From Polyangiaceae bacterium (GTDB lineage Bacteria > Myxococcota_A > Polyangia > Polyangiales > Houyiibacteriaceae): a DNA stretch of 64,000 bases. Below, piece by piece: positions 29,428 through 39,478 of the stretch; the stretch's first letter is position 1, and each line of letters begins with the position of its first letter. The position numbers and the translations under genes are program-made. Location of the stretch: positions 3,057 through 67,056 of the forward strand of contig JALVDI010000486.1 in assembly GCA_027009115.1 (NCBI GenBank), in the 5' to 3' direction. Under the pieces are notes generated by a model that saw nothing but the letters and a program-made list of their open reading frames with translations, had not been told where the DNA came from and searched no databases.

Positions 29428-32088
29428 ATGACGAAGGCCAAGGGTGACAAGAGGGGCGGCGGGCGGGCGAAGAAGAAAGCCCATACGCCCGTCATGCAGC
29501 AGTACATGCGCTGCAAGGAGCAGTACCCGGACGCGCTGATTTTCTTCCGCCTTGGGGACTTCTACGAGATGTTCTACGAGGACGCGCTCCGCGCCGCGGA
29601 ACTGCTCGGCATCACCCAGACGTATCGCGGCACGGGGCCCGATGGGGAGCGCATCCCGATGGCGGGTGTTCCGCACCATGCGGCCGCGGGGTACCTCGCC
29701 AAGCTGCTGCAGCTTGGCCAGAAGGTTGCGATCTGTGAGCAGATGGCGGACCCGAAGACGGTCAAGGGGGTGGTCCCGCGCGAAGTGGTGCGGGTCGTTA
29801 CCCCCGGGCTCTGTCTGGAGGAGGACGCCCTCGACGCGCGCTCGGACAACTACCTCGCGGCCCTCGCCGCCGACTCCGATACGGAGGCCGTCGGGCTCGC
29901 CGCCCTGGAGATTTCGACGGGCCAGTTGCGGACGGCGTTGCTCCCGGACACGGCGTCGACCCTCGCCGAGATCGTGCGCCTCGAGCCGCGGGAGCTCCTC
30001 CTGCCCGACGAGGGGCTCGAGGAGCTCGAGGCGACAGTCCGCTCGAGCTCGACGGCGGTTGTGCACCGCGCAGCGGAGCCTGCGGCCGAGGGGGTGCTCG
30101 AAGAGGTGCTCGGCGAGGAAGCGATCGCGCTTCAGGCGGGGCACGCGGCCGTTCGTCGCGCCGCGGCTGCGGCGTTGAGCTACGCGCGCTCGACTCAGCC
30201 AGGGGTACAGCTCGTCATCCAACGGGTCGGGGCTTACGACCCGAGCGAGCAGCTCGTGATGGACGAAGCGGCGGTGCGCAATCTGGAGCTTGTTCGGACG
30301 ATCGGCGGTGAGCGGAAGGGTTCCTTGCTGCATCTGCTCGACGCCACGAAGACGGCCATGGGCGCACGCTTGCTCCGCCGCCGGCTGTTGGCGCCGCTGA
30401 CCGACGTGCGGGCGATTCGTCGCCGGCACGACGCCGTCGAGGCGTTCCTGGTGGACGAGGGCCTGCGGCGGGAGGTGCGCCTGGCGCTCGCTCAGGTCGG
30501 CGACTTGGAGCGCATGGCGACGCGCGCCGTGATGGGGGTGGCGACGCCGCGGGACCTCGGGGGGATCCGGGACGCCCTCGGCCGGGCCCGAGAGTTGGCG
30601 GCGCTCCTGACCGAGGCCGCGGGACGATCCACCGACGAGACGCTCGCGAAGCTCGTCCCTCGGGATGTCCTCGGGGAGTTGCAGGCCGCTTTGGAGGCGA
30701 GCCTCGTCCAGGAGCCGCCGGCGAGCGCGCGGGACGGAGGCATCGTCGCCGAAGGCGTCGACCCGGACCTTGACGCGCTCCGGGCCCTCAGCAGCCGGAG
30801 CAAGGATGTGGTCCTGGAGCTCGAGCAGCGCGAGCGGCGTCGTACCGGCATCGCGTCGCTGAAGGTGAAGTACACCCGCGTCTTCGGCTACTACATCGAG
30901 GTCACCAAGGCGAACCTTGGCGCGGTGCCCTCGGACTACGTGCGCAAGCAGACGGTGGCGAACGCGGAACGATACGTGACCGAGGAGCTCGCGGAGCTGC
31001 AGGAGCGTATCCTCGGAGCGGACGAGCGGGCCAAGCAGCTCGAGGCCGCTCTCTTTGAGGAGCTTCGGGCTCGGGTCGCGTCGGAGGCTCACCGGCTCCG
31101 GGGTTTGGCCGAAGAGCTCGCCGCCTTGGACGTCCACGCGACCCTGGCGGACGTGGCCCATCGCTTCGGCCACTGCCGGCCGGTGGTGGACTCGACGACG
31201 CGCCTCGAGTTGGTCGAGGGCCGTCACCCCATCGTCGAGCGCCTGGTTGCGCAGGGAAGCTTCGTGCCCAACGACGTCACCCTCGACACCGAAGGGGAGC
31301 GTCTGATGATCCTCACGGGGCCGAACATGAGCGGCAAGTCCACCGCCATGCGGCAGGTCGCGCTGGCGGTTGTGCTCGCGCAGGCCGGGGCTTTCGTGCC
31401 GGCAACACGCGCTCGCATCGGGATCGTCGACCGTCTCTACACGCGGGTCGGAGCCAGCGACAACCTCGGCGAGGGCCAGAGCACGTTCATGGTCGAGATG
31501 CGCGAGGCGGCATCGATCCTTCGCGGCGCGACGGAACGCTCGCTGGTGATCCTCGACGAGATCGGCCGGGGCACCAGCACCTACGACGGCCTCGCGATCG
31601 CGTGGGCCATCGCCGAGCATCTGCACGACGCGGTGCGCTGCCGCGGCATGTTCGCGACCCACTACCATGAGCTGTGCGAGCTGGCGGTCACGCGGGAAGG
31701 GGCGCGCAACTACAACGTCGCGGCCAAGGAGTATGGGGACGAGGTCGTCTTCCTCCACAAGCTCGTGCCCGGCGGCGCCAACCGCAGCTACGGCATCGCC
31801 GTGGCGCGGCTCGCGGGGGTGCCGACTTCCGTGCTCGAGCGTGCCAAGACCATCCTCGCCGACCTCGAGGCGGGCGCGGCGCTTCCTTCGGGAGCGCACG
31901 CGCGGATGCGCGCCCTCGACGCCGATGGGCGAGCGCAGCTCGAGCTCTTTGCTGCCTCGCCAGCGCCTGCTCCCACGGGACCCAGTGAGGTGGAGCGGGC
32001 GCTCGCCGAGATCGACATCGATCGGCTTCGACCCATCGACGCTCTGATGGAGCTTGCGCGGCTCCGGCAGATGCTGGACGAGCCCTGA
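29428..32088 (+). CDS. mutS: DNA mismatch repair protein MutS
   Basis: Motifs [30 protein letters not shown], Walker [14 protein letters not shown] and [21 protein letters not shown] 29428 is preferred (GGAGGAG lies upstream); GTG 29380 is the ORF-track alternative. Confidence 0.95.
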   Translation: MTKAKGDKRGGGRAKKKAHTPVMQQYMRCKEQYPDALIFFRLGDFYEMFYEDALRAAELLGITQTYRGTGPDGERIPMAGVPHHAAAGYLAKLLQLGQKVAICEQMADPKTVKGVVPREVVRVVTPGLCLEEDALDARSDNYLAALAADSDTEAVGLAALEISTGQLRTALLPDTASTLAEIVRLEPRELLLPDEGLEELEATVRSSSTAVVHRAAEPAAEGVLEEVLGEEAIALQAGHAAVRRAAAAALSYARSTQPGVQLVIQRVGAYDPSEQLVMDEAAVRNLELVRTIGGERKGSLLHLLDATKTAMGARLLRRRLLAPLTDVRAIRRRHDAVEAFLVDEGLRREVRLALAQVGDLERMATRAVMGVATPRDLGGIRDALGRARELAALLTEAAGRSTDETLAKLVPRDVLGELQAALEASLVQEPPASARDGGIVAEGVDPDLDALRALSSRSKDVVLELEQRERRRTGIASLKVKYTRVFGYYIEVTKANLGAVPSDYVRKQTVANAERYVTEELAELQERILGADERAKQLEAALFEELRARVASEAHRLRGLAEELAALDVHATLADVAHRFGHCRPVVDSTTRLELVEGRHPIVERLVAQGSFVPNDVTLDTEGERLMILTGPNMSGKSTAMRQVALAVVLAQAGAFVPATRARIGIVDRLYTRVGASDNLGEGQSTFMVEMREAASILRGATERSLVILDEIGRGTSTYDGLAIAWAIAEHLHDAVRCRGMFATHYHELCELAVTREGARNYNVAAKEYGDEVVFLHKLVPGGANRSYGIAVARLAGVPTSVLERAKTILADLEAGAALPSGAHARMRALDADGRAQLELFAASPAPAPTGPSEVERALAEIDIDRLRPIDALMELARLRQMLDEP

Positions 32089-32152
32089 CTCGGGCGCCGG
32101 GCCTCGTCTCCGAGGCGTGTGCAAGGCTGCGAATGGTGACTACCCTGGGCCC

Positions 32153-33223
32153 ATGCCCGACCGCGATACCCTGGAGCGCCTGCTCGAAGAGATCGAGTCC
32201 GCCGACGAAGCCCTCGCGCGGGCGCTCGACGCTCGGGCCCGAGCCTCCTTGGCGATCGCGGAGGTGAGGGCGGCCAACCCCGATCTCTTCGTTCGGGTGC
32301 CGCGGGACGCCGCGGTCGTCGCACGTCTCGTGGAGCGCCTCGAGCTCTTCCCGGCAGAGGCTGCCGCGGCGGTGGCGCGGGAGGTGCTCGGGGGCTGCGC
32401 GAGTCTCGTGGCCCCGCGGCGAGTGATGTACCTCGGCGAGCCCGGTGGCTTCGCGCATCTTGCCGCGCGCCGCCGCTTCGGGAGCGTGGCGACCTACGCC
32501 GGCGCCTCCTCGGCGCGGGAGGTGCTCGACGCGATCGAGCGCGGGCGGAGCGAGTTCGGGGTGCTGCCCCTCGAGACATCGAGCGACGGAGCCGTGACCG
32601 CCACTCTGGTGGGCCTGGAGGCGAGCGCCGCGCGCATCGGGGGGGAGATCTCGATCGACGCCTCCTACCACCTGCTGTCGGGATCCGGGAAGCGCACCGA
32701 CGTGGAGAAGGTCTACGGCGCGCACGACGCCCTGGCGGCCTGCCGTCGTTTCCTGCGCGCGGAGCTTCCGCACGCCACGGTCATCGACGTGCCGAGCATC
32801 GAGGTTGCCGCCGAGCTCGTGCAGGGCGACGCGGGAGCGGCCATCGTCGGCACGGAGCTTCTCTGCGACCTCTACGACCTTCGTGTCGCCGCGGAGGCCA
32901 TCGAGGACGAGCACGGCGTGCACACACGCTACGCCATCGTGGGTACGGAGCTGCCCTCGCGCACAGGCGAGGATCACACCATCGTCGCGGTAGCCGTTCA
33001 CGACGCGCCCGGGGCCCTCTACGAGACCCTCAAGCCCTTTGCTTCGCGCGGGGTCAACCTCACGCGCCTCGAGTCGAGGCCGACGCCCCAGTGGCGCTAT
33101 CTCTTCTTTCTCGAGATGGACGGGCACGTCACCGATCGTCCCGTGGTCACGGCTCTCGAAGAGCTCCGATCCATCAGTCGCTACGTGAAGGTTCTTGGGA
33201 GCTACCCGCGCGCGGGCCTCTGA
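32153..33223 (+). CDS. pheA: Chorismate mutase / prephenate dehydratase (P-protein) with ACT domain
   Basis: The start is ATG 32153. Prephenate dehydratase motifs include VMYLGEPGGFAHLAA and TRLESRPT with an ACT-like C-terminus. The N-terminal ~90 aa is helical and chorismate-mutase-like, but that part of the call is weak. Confidence 0.85.
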   Translation: MPDRDTLERLLEEIESADEALARALDARARASLAIAEVRAANPDLFVRVPRDAAVVARLVERLELFPAEAAAAVAREVLGGCASLVAPRRVMYLGEPGGFAHLAARRRFGSVATYAGASSAREVLDAIERGRSEFGVLPLETSSDGAVTATLVGLEASAARIGGEISIDASYHLLSGSGKRTDVEKVYGAHDALAACRRFLRAELPHATVIDVPSIEVAAELVQGDAGAAIVGTELLCDLYDLRVAAEAIEDEHGVHTRYAIVGTELPSRTGEDHTIVAVAVHDAPGALYETLKPFASRGVNLTRLESRPTPQWRYLFFLEMDGHVTDRPVVTALEELRSISRYVKVLGSYPRAGL

Positions 33224-33275
33224 GGGCGGCCGGCGCTTGCGCAGGCCCGGCGTCGGCGGCCATGCTCCGCGGCTG

Positions 33276-34361
33276 ATGGACCCTCTCGTACCGCCCCGCG
33301 TGTCCCGGATGATTCCCTATGCTCCGGGCAAACCTCTTGAAGAGCTGGAGCGCGAGCTCGGGATTCGCGACGCGGTCAAGCTCGCTTCGAACGAGAACCC
33401 GGTGGGGCCGTCTCCCAAGGTCGTCGAGGCGCTCGGTCGTGCGCTCGCATCGGTGAGCTTCTATCCCGATGGGGCCGCTTTTGCGCTGCGCTCGGCGCTC
33501 GCGGCGCATCACGGGGTCGACCTCGACGAGATCTGTCTGGGCAACGGCAGCAACGAGCTCATCGATCTGCTCTGCCGCACCTTCCCCGGCCCGGACGACC
33601 ACGCGGTCTTCGGGCGGCCCAGCTTCGTCTGCTACTGGCTCGGCTGCACCGCCGCGGGCGTGCCGTTCACGGAGGCTCCGCTCCGAGAGGATCTCGCATG
33701 GGACGTCGACGCCCTGCTCGCGTCCGTCGAGCCACGGACGAAGCTCCTCTTTCTCGCCAACCCGAACAATCCGACGGGCGCCTATGTCGCGCGGCAGGAG
33801 CTCCATCGCTTGCTTCGGGAGCTCCCGCCGCGGGTGGTGTGCGTAGTGGACGAGGCGTACGTGGAGTTCGCGGACGCGGACGACTACGCGAGCGCTCTCG
33901 AGCTTCGGGACCTGCGCGAGCGGCTCATCGTCCTGCGGACGTTCTCCAAGGCCTATGGTCTCGCGGGTCTCCGGGTGGGCTACGCCATCGGGCCCAGGGC
34001 GCTCATCGACGGGCTGCAGCGCATGCGCGCCCCGTTCAACGTGGGGTCTTTGGGGCAGCTCGCCGCCCGGGTCGCTCTGGAGGATCCCGAGCACGTCCGT
34101 GCCTACGTGGAGCTCAACCGCCGGGAGCGGGCGCGGGTTACCGCGGGTTTGCGCGAGCTTGGCCTCTCCGTGGCGCCTTCTCAGGCGAACTTCGTCCTGG
34201 TGGACGTCGGACGGCCGGGCCAGGAGCTCTACCAGGCGCTGCTACGCAAGGGGGTGATCGTGCGTCCGATGCCGCCGCCCATCGACCGGCACCTGCGCAT
34301 CTCCATCGGGACCGCCGCGATGAACGACCGCATGCTCGCTGCGATGGCGGAGGTGCTCTGA
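33276..34361 (+). CDS. hisC: Histidinol-phosphate / aromatic aminotransferase (HisC family)
   Basis: The start is ATG 33276. Motifs KLASNENPVGPSP and the PLP-lysine context TFSKAYGLAGLRVGY. Confidence 0.85.
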   Translation: MDPLVPPRVSRMIPYAPGKPLEELERELGIRDAVKLASNENPVGPSPKVVEALGRALASVSFYPDGAAFALRSALAAHHGVDLDEICLGNGSNELIDLLCRTFPGPDDHAVFGRPSFVCYWLGCTAAGVPFTEAPLREDLAWDVDALLASVEPRTKLLFLANPNNPTGAYVARQELHRLLRELPPRVVCVVDEAYVEFADADDYASALELRDLRERLIVLRTFSKAYGLAGLRVGYAIGPRALIDGLQRMRAPFNVGSLGQLAARVALEDPEHVRAYVELNRRERARVTAGLRELGLSVAPSQANFVLVDVGRPGQELYQALLRKGVIVRPMPPPIDRHLRISIGTAAMNDRMLAAMAEVL

Positions 34362-35341
34362 TGCGCCCTTGGCTCTGCATGCTGGGGCTCCTGGCGGCCT
34401 GTGGTGGGGCGACGCCGCAGCCGGACACGCCCCAGTCGCAGCCCGAGCCGGTGGTTGCCGCGCCCACCCGCCCAGACCCGGTGGCGCTGCTGCCGCGCGA
34501 GACCGTGGGGGTCGTCACGGTCGACGTCCCGTTGCTTCGCGCGTCGCCACACTGGCCCGTGCTTCGGGATCTCTATGCTTCGAGCCTGTCGGAGGCCCCC
34601 GAGCGCAGGCGCGCCCTGGACGAGTTGCTCGAAAAGGCGGAGCGCGTCGAGCAGGCGCTCGTCGCCGGGGGCGGCAGCGTCCCGATCGAGCTCGGCGCCG
34701 TCGTCGTCCAGGGGCGCTTCGAGCGAGGGGACGGTGCACGCCTGCTGGCGCAGCTGGCCGATGAGCGCGCCGCGGCTCGGATGAACCCGGTGCAGGTCGA
34801 AGGGAGGCCCGGTCTCGGGGACGGGGAGGCGGCCCTCGTCGAGGTGGATCAGGGGCTCTACCTCGTCGGGCCCTACCGCCGAATCCGCCCCCCGCTTCGA
34901 TCGCCGGAGCGGCCCCCTGCCCTCGGGGGCTCCGTGGTGCGGGAGCTTCTGGCGCAGGTTCCCGCCGAGGGAGCGGCCCTTCACGGCTGGCTGGACGTTC
35001 CGGGCGGCGTCGATTCTCTCCCGGTTCCGGCCTGGGTGCACGAGATCCTCTCGGTGGTCGAGGCCGTGGCGGCGCGGGTGGATCTCTCGGCGGGCCTGGA
35101 CGCCCTCCTTCGGGCGCGGATGAGCTCGCCGGCGGCCGCCGACCGGGTGGCGAGGGAGCTCAGCGCGAAGGTCGACACGCTGGCGCCGTCCATGATCGTG
35201 CGCGCGCTTGGCTTGGACTCGGTTTTTTCTGCGCTCGAGCTCAACGCCGCGGGAGGGGACGTCGTCGTGCGCCTCCAGCTCGGGGTCGATGAGCTCGCGC
35301 CGATCGTCGAGTGGCTTGCGCGTGTCGCCGAGGCGCGATGA
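34361..35341 (+). CDS. Hypothetical lipoprotein embedded in the aromatic amino-acid operon
   Basis: ATG 34361 overlaps the hisC stop (TGATG), and its own stop overlaps the aroA start (ATGA). The lipobox is MRPWLCMLGLLAAC followed by GGATPQPD. There is no Rossmann GxGxxG and I recognise no enzyme motif. Confidence 0.6.
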   Translation: MRPWLCMLGLLAACGGATPQPDTPQSQPEPVVAAPTRPDPVALLPRETVGVVTVDVPLLRASPHWPVLRDLYASSLSEAPERRRALDELLEKAERVEQALVAGGGSVPIELGAVVVQGRFERGDGARLLAQLADERAAARMNPVQVEGRPGLGDGEAALVEVDQGLYLVGPYRRIRPPLRSPERPPALGGSVVRELLAQVPAEGAALHGWLDVPGGVDSLPVPAWVHEILSVVEAVAARVDLSAGLDALLRARMSSPAAADRVARELSAKVDTLAPSMIVRALGLDSVFSALELNAAGGDVVVRLQLGVDELAPIVEWLARVAEAR

Positions 35342-36687
35342 GGCTGCGCGTCCGCCGGGGCCCAGCGTTGAGGGGCCGGGTTCGCGTGCCCGGGGACAAG
35401 TCCATCGGGCATCGGGCGATCCTCCTGGCGGCGCTCGCGCGCGGGCGCTGCGTGGTCCGCGGGCTCTCCGGGGGCGCCGACAACCTTTCGACGCTCGCGG
35501 CCATAGGCGCGATGGGCGTGCGGACCTCTCGGGAGGGGGATGCACTCCGGGTCGAGGGCGTGGGGCTGCGGGGGCTGAGGATGCCCGCCAAGGTCATCGA
35601 CTGCGGCAACTCGGGGACGACCATGCGGCTCCTGGCCGGGCTGCTCAGCGGCCAGCGTTTCGGCGTCCGCCTCGTGGGCGACGAATCCCTGAGCCGCCGG
35701 CCCATGGGGCGCGTGGTCGGGCCGCTGCGAGCGCGGGGCGCGCACATCGGGGGCACGACTGCGGAGGGCCGGCCGGCGACCGAAGGCGCCCTCTATCCCC
35801 CGCTCTCGATCGCGCCCCTCGTCGACGGAGAGGCGCTGCTGGGCCTCGAGTACGAGATGCCCGTCGCGAGTGCCCAGGTGAAGAGCTGCCTGCTTCTGAG
35901 CGGACTCTACGCCGCGGGACCCACCGCGCTCAGCGAGCCGGTGGTGAGCCGCGACCACACCGAACGCATGCTGATGGCTCTTGGCGTCCCCCTTCACACC
36001 GCCGGTGCCGCCGTGTACCTGGACCCGAGCGAGTGGGGCGGCGGTTGGGATGGGTTCTCGTGGATGATCCCCGGGGACCTCTCGAGCGCGGCGTTTGTCC
36101 TGGCGGCGGCGTCCATGGTTCCCGGTAGCCAAGTCGTCGTCGAGGGGGTGGGGGTGAACCCGACCCGCACGGGCCTGCTGGACATGCTGCGCTTCATGGG
36201 GGCCCGCGTCGACCTTGCCCGCCGGTCCGAAGGGGTCCCGGGGGAGCCCACCGCAGATCTGGCGATCGCCCACACGCCGCTGCGCGGCGCCCTCTTGGGT
36301 GGCGAGCTCTTGGTGCGGATGATCGACGAGGTCCCCGCGCTCTGCGCGATGGCCGCGACCGCCCGCGGCTGCACGGAGATCCGCGACGCCCAGGAGCTCC
36401 GCGTGAAAGAGACGGACCGCGTCGCTGCAATGGCCGCGGTCCTGGACGCCTTTGGGGTACCTTCGGAGGAGCTCGAGGACGGGCTGGTCGTGACCGGAGG
36501 CGGCCCGCTGCGCCCGGCGCGGGTCCACAGCCGCGGTGATCACCGTGTGGCCATGGCCGCGGCGTTGCTCGGCCTGGTGGCGGAGGGCGAGACGGTCGTG
36601 GAGGGAGCCGAGTGCATTGCGACGAGCTTCCCCACCTTCGTCCCGACCCTGCGCGCTCTGGGCGCTGTCATCGAGGAGGAGTCGTGA
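35338..36687 (+). CDS. aroA: 3-phosphoshikimate 1-carboxyvinyltransferase (EPSP synthase)
   Basis: Motifs VPGDKSIGHRAILLAAL, CGNSGTTMRLLAGLL and RVKETDRVAAM. Confidence 0.95.
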   Translation: MRLRVRRGPALRGRVRVPGDKSIGHRAILLAALARGRCVVRGLSGGADNLSTLAAIGAMGVRTSREGDALRVEGVGLRGLRMPAKVIDCGNSGTTMRLLAGLLSGQRFGVRLVGDESLSRRPMGRVVGPLRARGAHIGGTTAEGRPATEGALYPPLSIAPLVDGEALLGLEYEMPVASAQVKSCLLLSGLYAAGPTALSEPVVSRDHTERMLMALGVPLHTAGAAVYLDPSEWGGGWDGFSWMIPGDLSSAAFVLAAASMVPGSQVVVEGVGVNPTRTGLLDMLRFMGARVDLARRSEGVPGEPTADLAIAHTPLRGALLGGELLVRMIDEVPALCAMAATARGCTEIRDAQELRVKETDRVAAMAAVLDAFGVPSEELEDGLVVTGGGPLRPARVHSRGDHRVAMAAALLGLVAEGETVVEGAECIATSFPTFVPTLRALGAVIEEES

Positions 36688-37382
36688 GAGGACGTAGCCG
36701 TCCGGTGGTCGCGATCGATGGCCCCGCCGGGGCCGGAAAGAGCACCGTCGCCCGCGCTGTGGCCGATGCCCTCGGCTTCGTCTTCGTCGACACCGGGGCG
36801 CTCTACCGAGGGCTGGCCCTCGCGGCTTCCGAGCGCGGCGTCGACTGGGAGGATGGCCCCGCCCTGGCGAAGCTCGCCGGAGAGCTCGATCTCTCCTTCG
36901 GGCCCGAAGGGCACCTCCGCATCGACGGCGACGATCGGGACGACGAGATTCGGACTCCGGAGATGGCGCAGGGGGCCAGCAAGGTCAGCGCCCACCCGGA
37001 GGTGCGGGCGGCGCTGCTCGGTGTCCAGCGGGCTCTGGGCGCGGACGGCGGCGCGGTCCTCGAGGGCCGGGACATCGGCACCGTCGTGTTTCCAGACGCC
37101 GAGGTGAAGGTCTTCCTCACGGCGGCTCCCGATGAGAGGGCGCGGCGTCGCCAGAGGGACCTGGCCGAGCGCGGCGTGGAGGCGGACTTCCAAGATCTCC
37201 TCGCTTCGATCCGCGAGCGTGACGAGCGCGACGTGCACCGGGCCGTGGCTCCCTTGCGACCGGCGGAGGACGCCTGGGTGCTCGACAGCACCGGGCGGAG
37301 CCTCGAGGAGGTCGTCGAGCGGGTCGTCGCGCGTGTCCGCAGCGTGGGCCAGGGCCCCGAAAACTCAGGGCGAGCGACCTGA
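36684..37382 (+). CDS. cmk: Cytidylate kinase
   Basis: GTG 36684 overlaps the aroA stop (GTGA). It has the P-loop VVAIDGPAGAGKSTVA and DTGALYRG. Confidence 0.9.
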   Translation: MRGRSRPVVAIDGPAGAGKSTVARAVADALGFVFVDTGALYRGLALAASERGVDWEDGPALAKLAGELDLSFGPEGHLRIDGDDRDDEIRTPEMAQGASKVSAHPEVRAALLGVQRALGADGGAVLEGRDIGTVVFPDAEVKVFLTAAPDERARRRQRDLAERGVEADFQDLLASIRERDERDVHRAVAPLRPAEDAWVLDSTGRSLEEVVERVVARVRSVGQGPENSGRAT

Positions 37383-37400
37383 GGGGCCACCGGCGCGCGG

Positions 37401-37429
37401 TTGACACGTCGAGACCCGACTGCTAACTG
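37401..37429 (+). promoter_or_regulatory. Candidate rpsA promoter (TTGACA-N17-TAACTG with TG extended -10)
   Basis: TTGACA at 37401-37406, then TGcTAACTG at 37421-37429. It is followed by a ~130-nt lower-GC leader that begins with the hairpin CCCCCG-cgtg-CGGGGG (37436-37451). Confidence 0.35.
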
Positions 37430-37561
37430 GTCGCTCCCCCGCGTGCGGGGGCTCCCTTGGCTCGCTCCACTGATGGCGCGGGCTTCATCTGTATCTCTAG
37501 CCGGGTCAGGCTTGCGTTTCTCTCCGCAGGGCAGAACGCGACCTCGGACCCGCCCAAAAGT

Positions 37562-39337
37562 ATGACTACCGAAACCATCGAAACCCAAGAGGCCCCTCCA
37601 GCGGACAGCTTTGCCGCGCTGTTCGAAGCCTCCACGACGCGCACGGACCAACTGCGCGAAGGCGACATCGTCGCCGGCACCGTCATCAAGGTCGGCAAGG
37701 ACTCCGTTGTCGTCGACATCGGCTACAAGTCCGAGGGTGTCATCGGCATCCACGAGTTCGTGGACGAGAACGGCAACATCAATGTCAACGCCGGTGACCA
37801 GGTCGACGTCCTCGTCGAGGCCAAGGAGAACGAGCACGGCCTCGTGCTGCTTTCCAAGGAGAAGGCGGACAAGCTCAAGGTGTGGGACGAGATCAGCGCC
37901 GCGTGCGAGCGCGACGAGCTGATCAGCGGGACGATCACCCAGCGGGTGAAGGGGGGGCTCAGCGTCACCATCCGCGGCGGCGTCAAGGCCTTCCTGCCCG
38001 GCTCGCAGGTGGACCTACGTCCGGTCCGCAACCTCGACAAGCTCATCGGGCAGACCTTCGACTTCAAGGTCATCAAGTTCAACAAGAAGCGCGGCAACAT
38101 CGTGCTCTCGCGGCGCGTTCTCCTCGAGAAGGAGCGCGACCGGCTCAAGGCCAAGACCCTCGAGAACCTCCAGGAGGGGCAGATCGTCACCGGGACCATC
38201 AAGAACATCACCGAGTACGGTGCGTTCGTGGACCTCGGCGGCATCGACGGTCTCCTTCACATCACGGACATGTCCTGGGGGCGGGTCAACCACCCCTCGG
38301 AGATGTTCACCGTCGGCGACGAGGTCACCGTCAAGGTCCTCAAGTACAACCCCGAGACGGAGCGCGTCTCCCTGGGCCTCAAGCAGATGCAGGAGGATCC
38401 CTGGAACACGGCGGCCGAGATCTTCAAGCCGGGCACCCGCGTCAAGGGCAAGGTCGTGTCCCTCACGGACTACGGCGCCTTCGTCGAGCTTCAGCAGGGG
38501 GTCGAGGGCCTCATCCATGTCAGCGAGATGACCTGGACCAAGCCCAAGCATCCGTCGAAGATCCTCGAGATCGGTGAGGAGATCGAGACCATCGTGCTCG
38601 ACATCGATGTGCAGAACAAGCGCATCTCCCTCGGCCTCAAGCAGCTCGAGCCCGACCCCTGGAGCATCTTCACCCAGAAGTACAACCCGGGCGACATCAT
38701 TCAGGGCAAGGTTCGCTCGATCACCGACTACGGCGTCTTCATCGGCATCGAGGACGGCGTCGACGGAATGGTCCACAAATCGGATCTGAGCTGGACGCAG
38801 CGCGTCGGGAACCCGGCGGACGTTTACAAGAAGGGCGACGAGGTCGAGGCGATCATCCTCTCCATCAACCATGAGGAGCAGAAGGTCAGCCTGGGTATCA
38901 AGCAGCTCTACGAGGACCCCTGGACCTACATCCCCGAGCGCTACCCGGAGGGGACGGTGCTCGAGGTGCGGGTCATGACGGTCAACGACTACGAGGCGAT
39001 GGTCGAGCTCGAGCAGGGGGTCGAAGGCTTCGTGCCCCGTGCCGAGGTCAGCTCCGATACCTCCGTGGACCCGGGCGACATCCTCAAGCCTGGGGAGATC
39101 TACAAGGCCGTCGTCATCCGGGTGGACACCGAGGACCGCCGGCTTCTTCTCTCCATCAAGAGCGCCGACAACAAGGAGCTCGACGAGAAGATGAAGTTCG
39201 TCGCGGAGAAGCAGGCCACCCGGGCGAAGTCCGCGGGGCCCTCGGGGCGGCCGAGCGCCAAGCTCGGCGACCTCCTCAAGGACAAGCTGGGCAGCATCGC
39301 CGCTTCGGCGGAACAGGGCTCTTCCGAAGAGGAGTGA
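37562..39337 (+). CDS. rpsA: 30S ribosomal protein S1
   Basis: The start is ATG 37562; the ORF-track start at 37457 is an extension. There are six S1-domain repeats, for example GDIVAGTVIKVGKDSVVVDIGYKSEGVI and GQIVTGTIKNITEYGAFVDLGGIDGLLHITDMSW. Confidence 0.95.
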   Translation: MTTETIETQEAPPADSFAALFEASTTRTDQLREGDIVAGTVIKVGKDSVVVDIGYKSEGVIGIHEFVDENGNINVNAGDQVDVLVEAKENEHGLVLLSKEKADKLKVWDEISAACERDELISGTITQRVKGGLSVTIRGGVKAFLPGSQVDLRPVRNLDKLIGQTFDFKVIKFNKKRGNIVLSRRVLLEKERDRLKAKTLENLQEGQIVTGTIKNITEYGAFVDLGGIDGLLHITDMSWGRVNHPSEMFTVGDEVTVKVLKYNPETERVSLGLKQMQEDPWNTAAEIFKPGTRVKGKVVSLTDYGAFVELQQGVEGLIHVSEMTWTKPKHPSKILEIGEEIETIVLDIDVQNKRISLGLKQLEPDPWSIFTQKYNPGDIIQGKVRSITDYGVFIGIEDGVDGMVHKSDLSWTQRVGNPADVYKKGDEVEAIILSINHEEQKVSLGIKQLYEDPWTYIPERYPEGTVLEVRVMTVNDYEAMVELEQGVEGFVPRAEVSSDTSVDPGDILKPGEIYKAVVIRVDTEDRRLLLSIKSADNKELDEKMKFVAEKQATRAKSAGPSGRPSAKLGDLLKDKLGSIAASAEQGSSEEE

Positions 39338-39367
39338 GCGCGGCGGGCCGAGGCCCGCAGGGAAAGA

Positions 39368-39398
39368 AGCCGGCCGCCTTCGGGCGCCGGCTTTTTTT
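39368..39398 (+). terminator. Rho-independent terminator after rpsA
   Basis: AGCCGG(C)CGCC ttcg GGCGCCGGCT forms a ~10-bp GC stem with one bulge, followed by TTTTTTT. Confidence 0.7.
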
Positions 39399-39478
39399 CT
39401 GTGCCTGTCGCGCTGTGGCCAGGATGTCAGCGAGGGGAGTGTCTCCGTTCCCATCGGCTGGCGCGAAGAGGGTATAGG

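Noticed and set aside
29275-32124. A 949-aa ORF antisense to mutS. Similar cases are 6808..9300 antisense to ileS, 49284..51020 and 51047..53086 antisense to the ABC exporters, and 43534..46077 antisense to the HtrA gene and its neighbour.
   Set aside because: All of them mirror confidently identified genes on the other strand. All lack recognisable motifs and have the compositional signature of antisense frames in GC-rich DNA.
34361-35341. The possibility that the gene between hisC and aroA is a divergent tyrA (prephenate dehydrogenase)
   Set aside because: It has a clear signal peptide and lipobox (LLAAC), no N-terminal GxGxxG dinucleotide-binding motif, and no resemblance I can see to TyrA. 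I kept it as a finding about the occupied slot instead.
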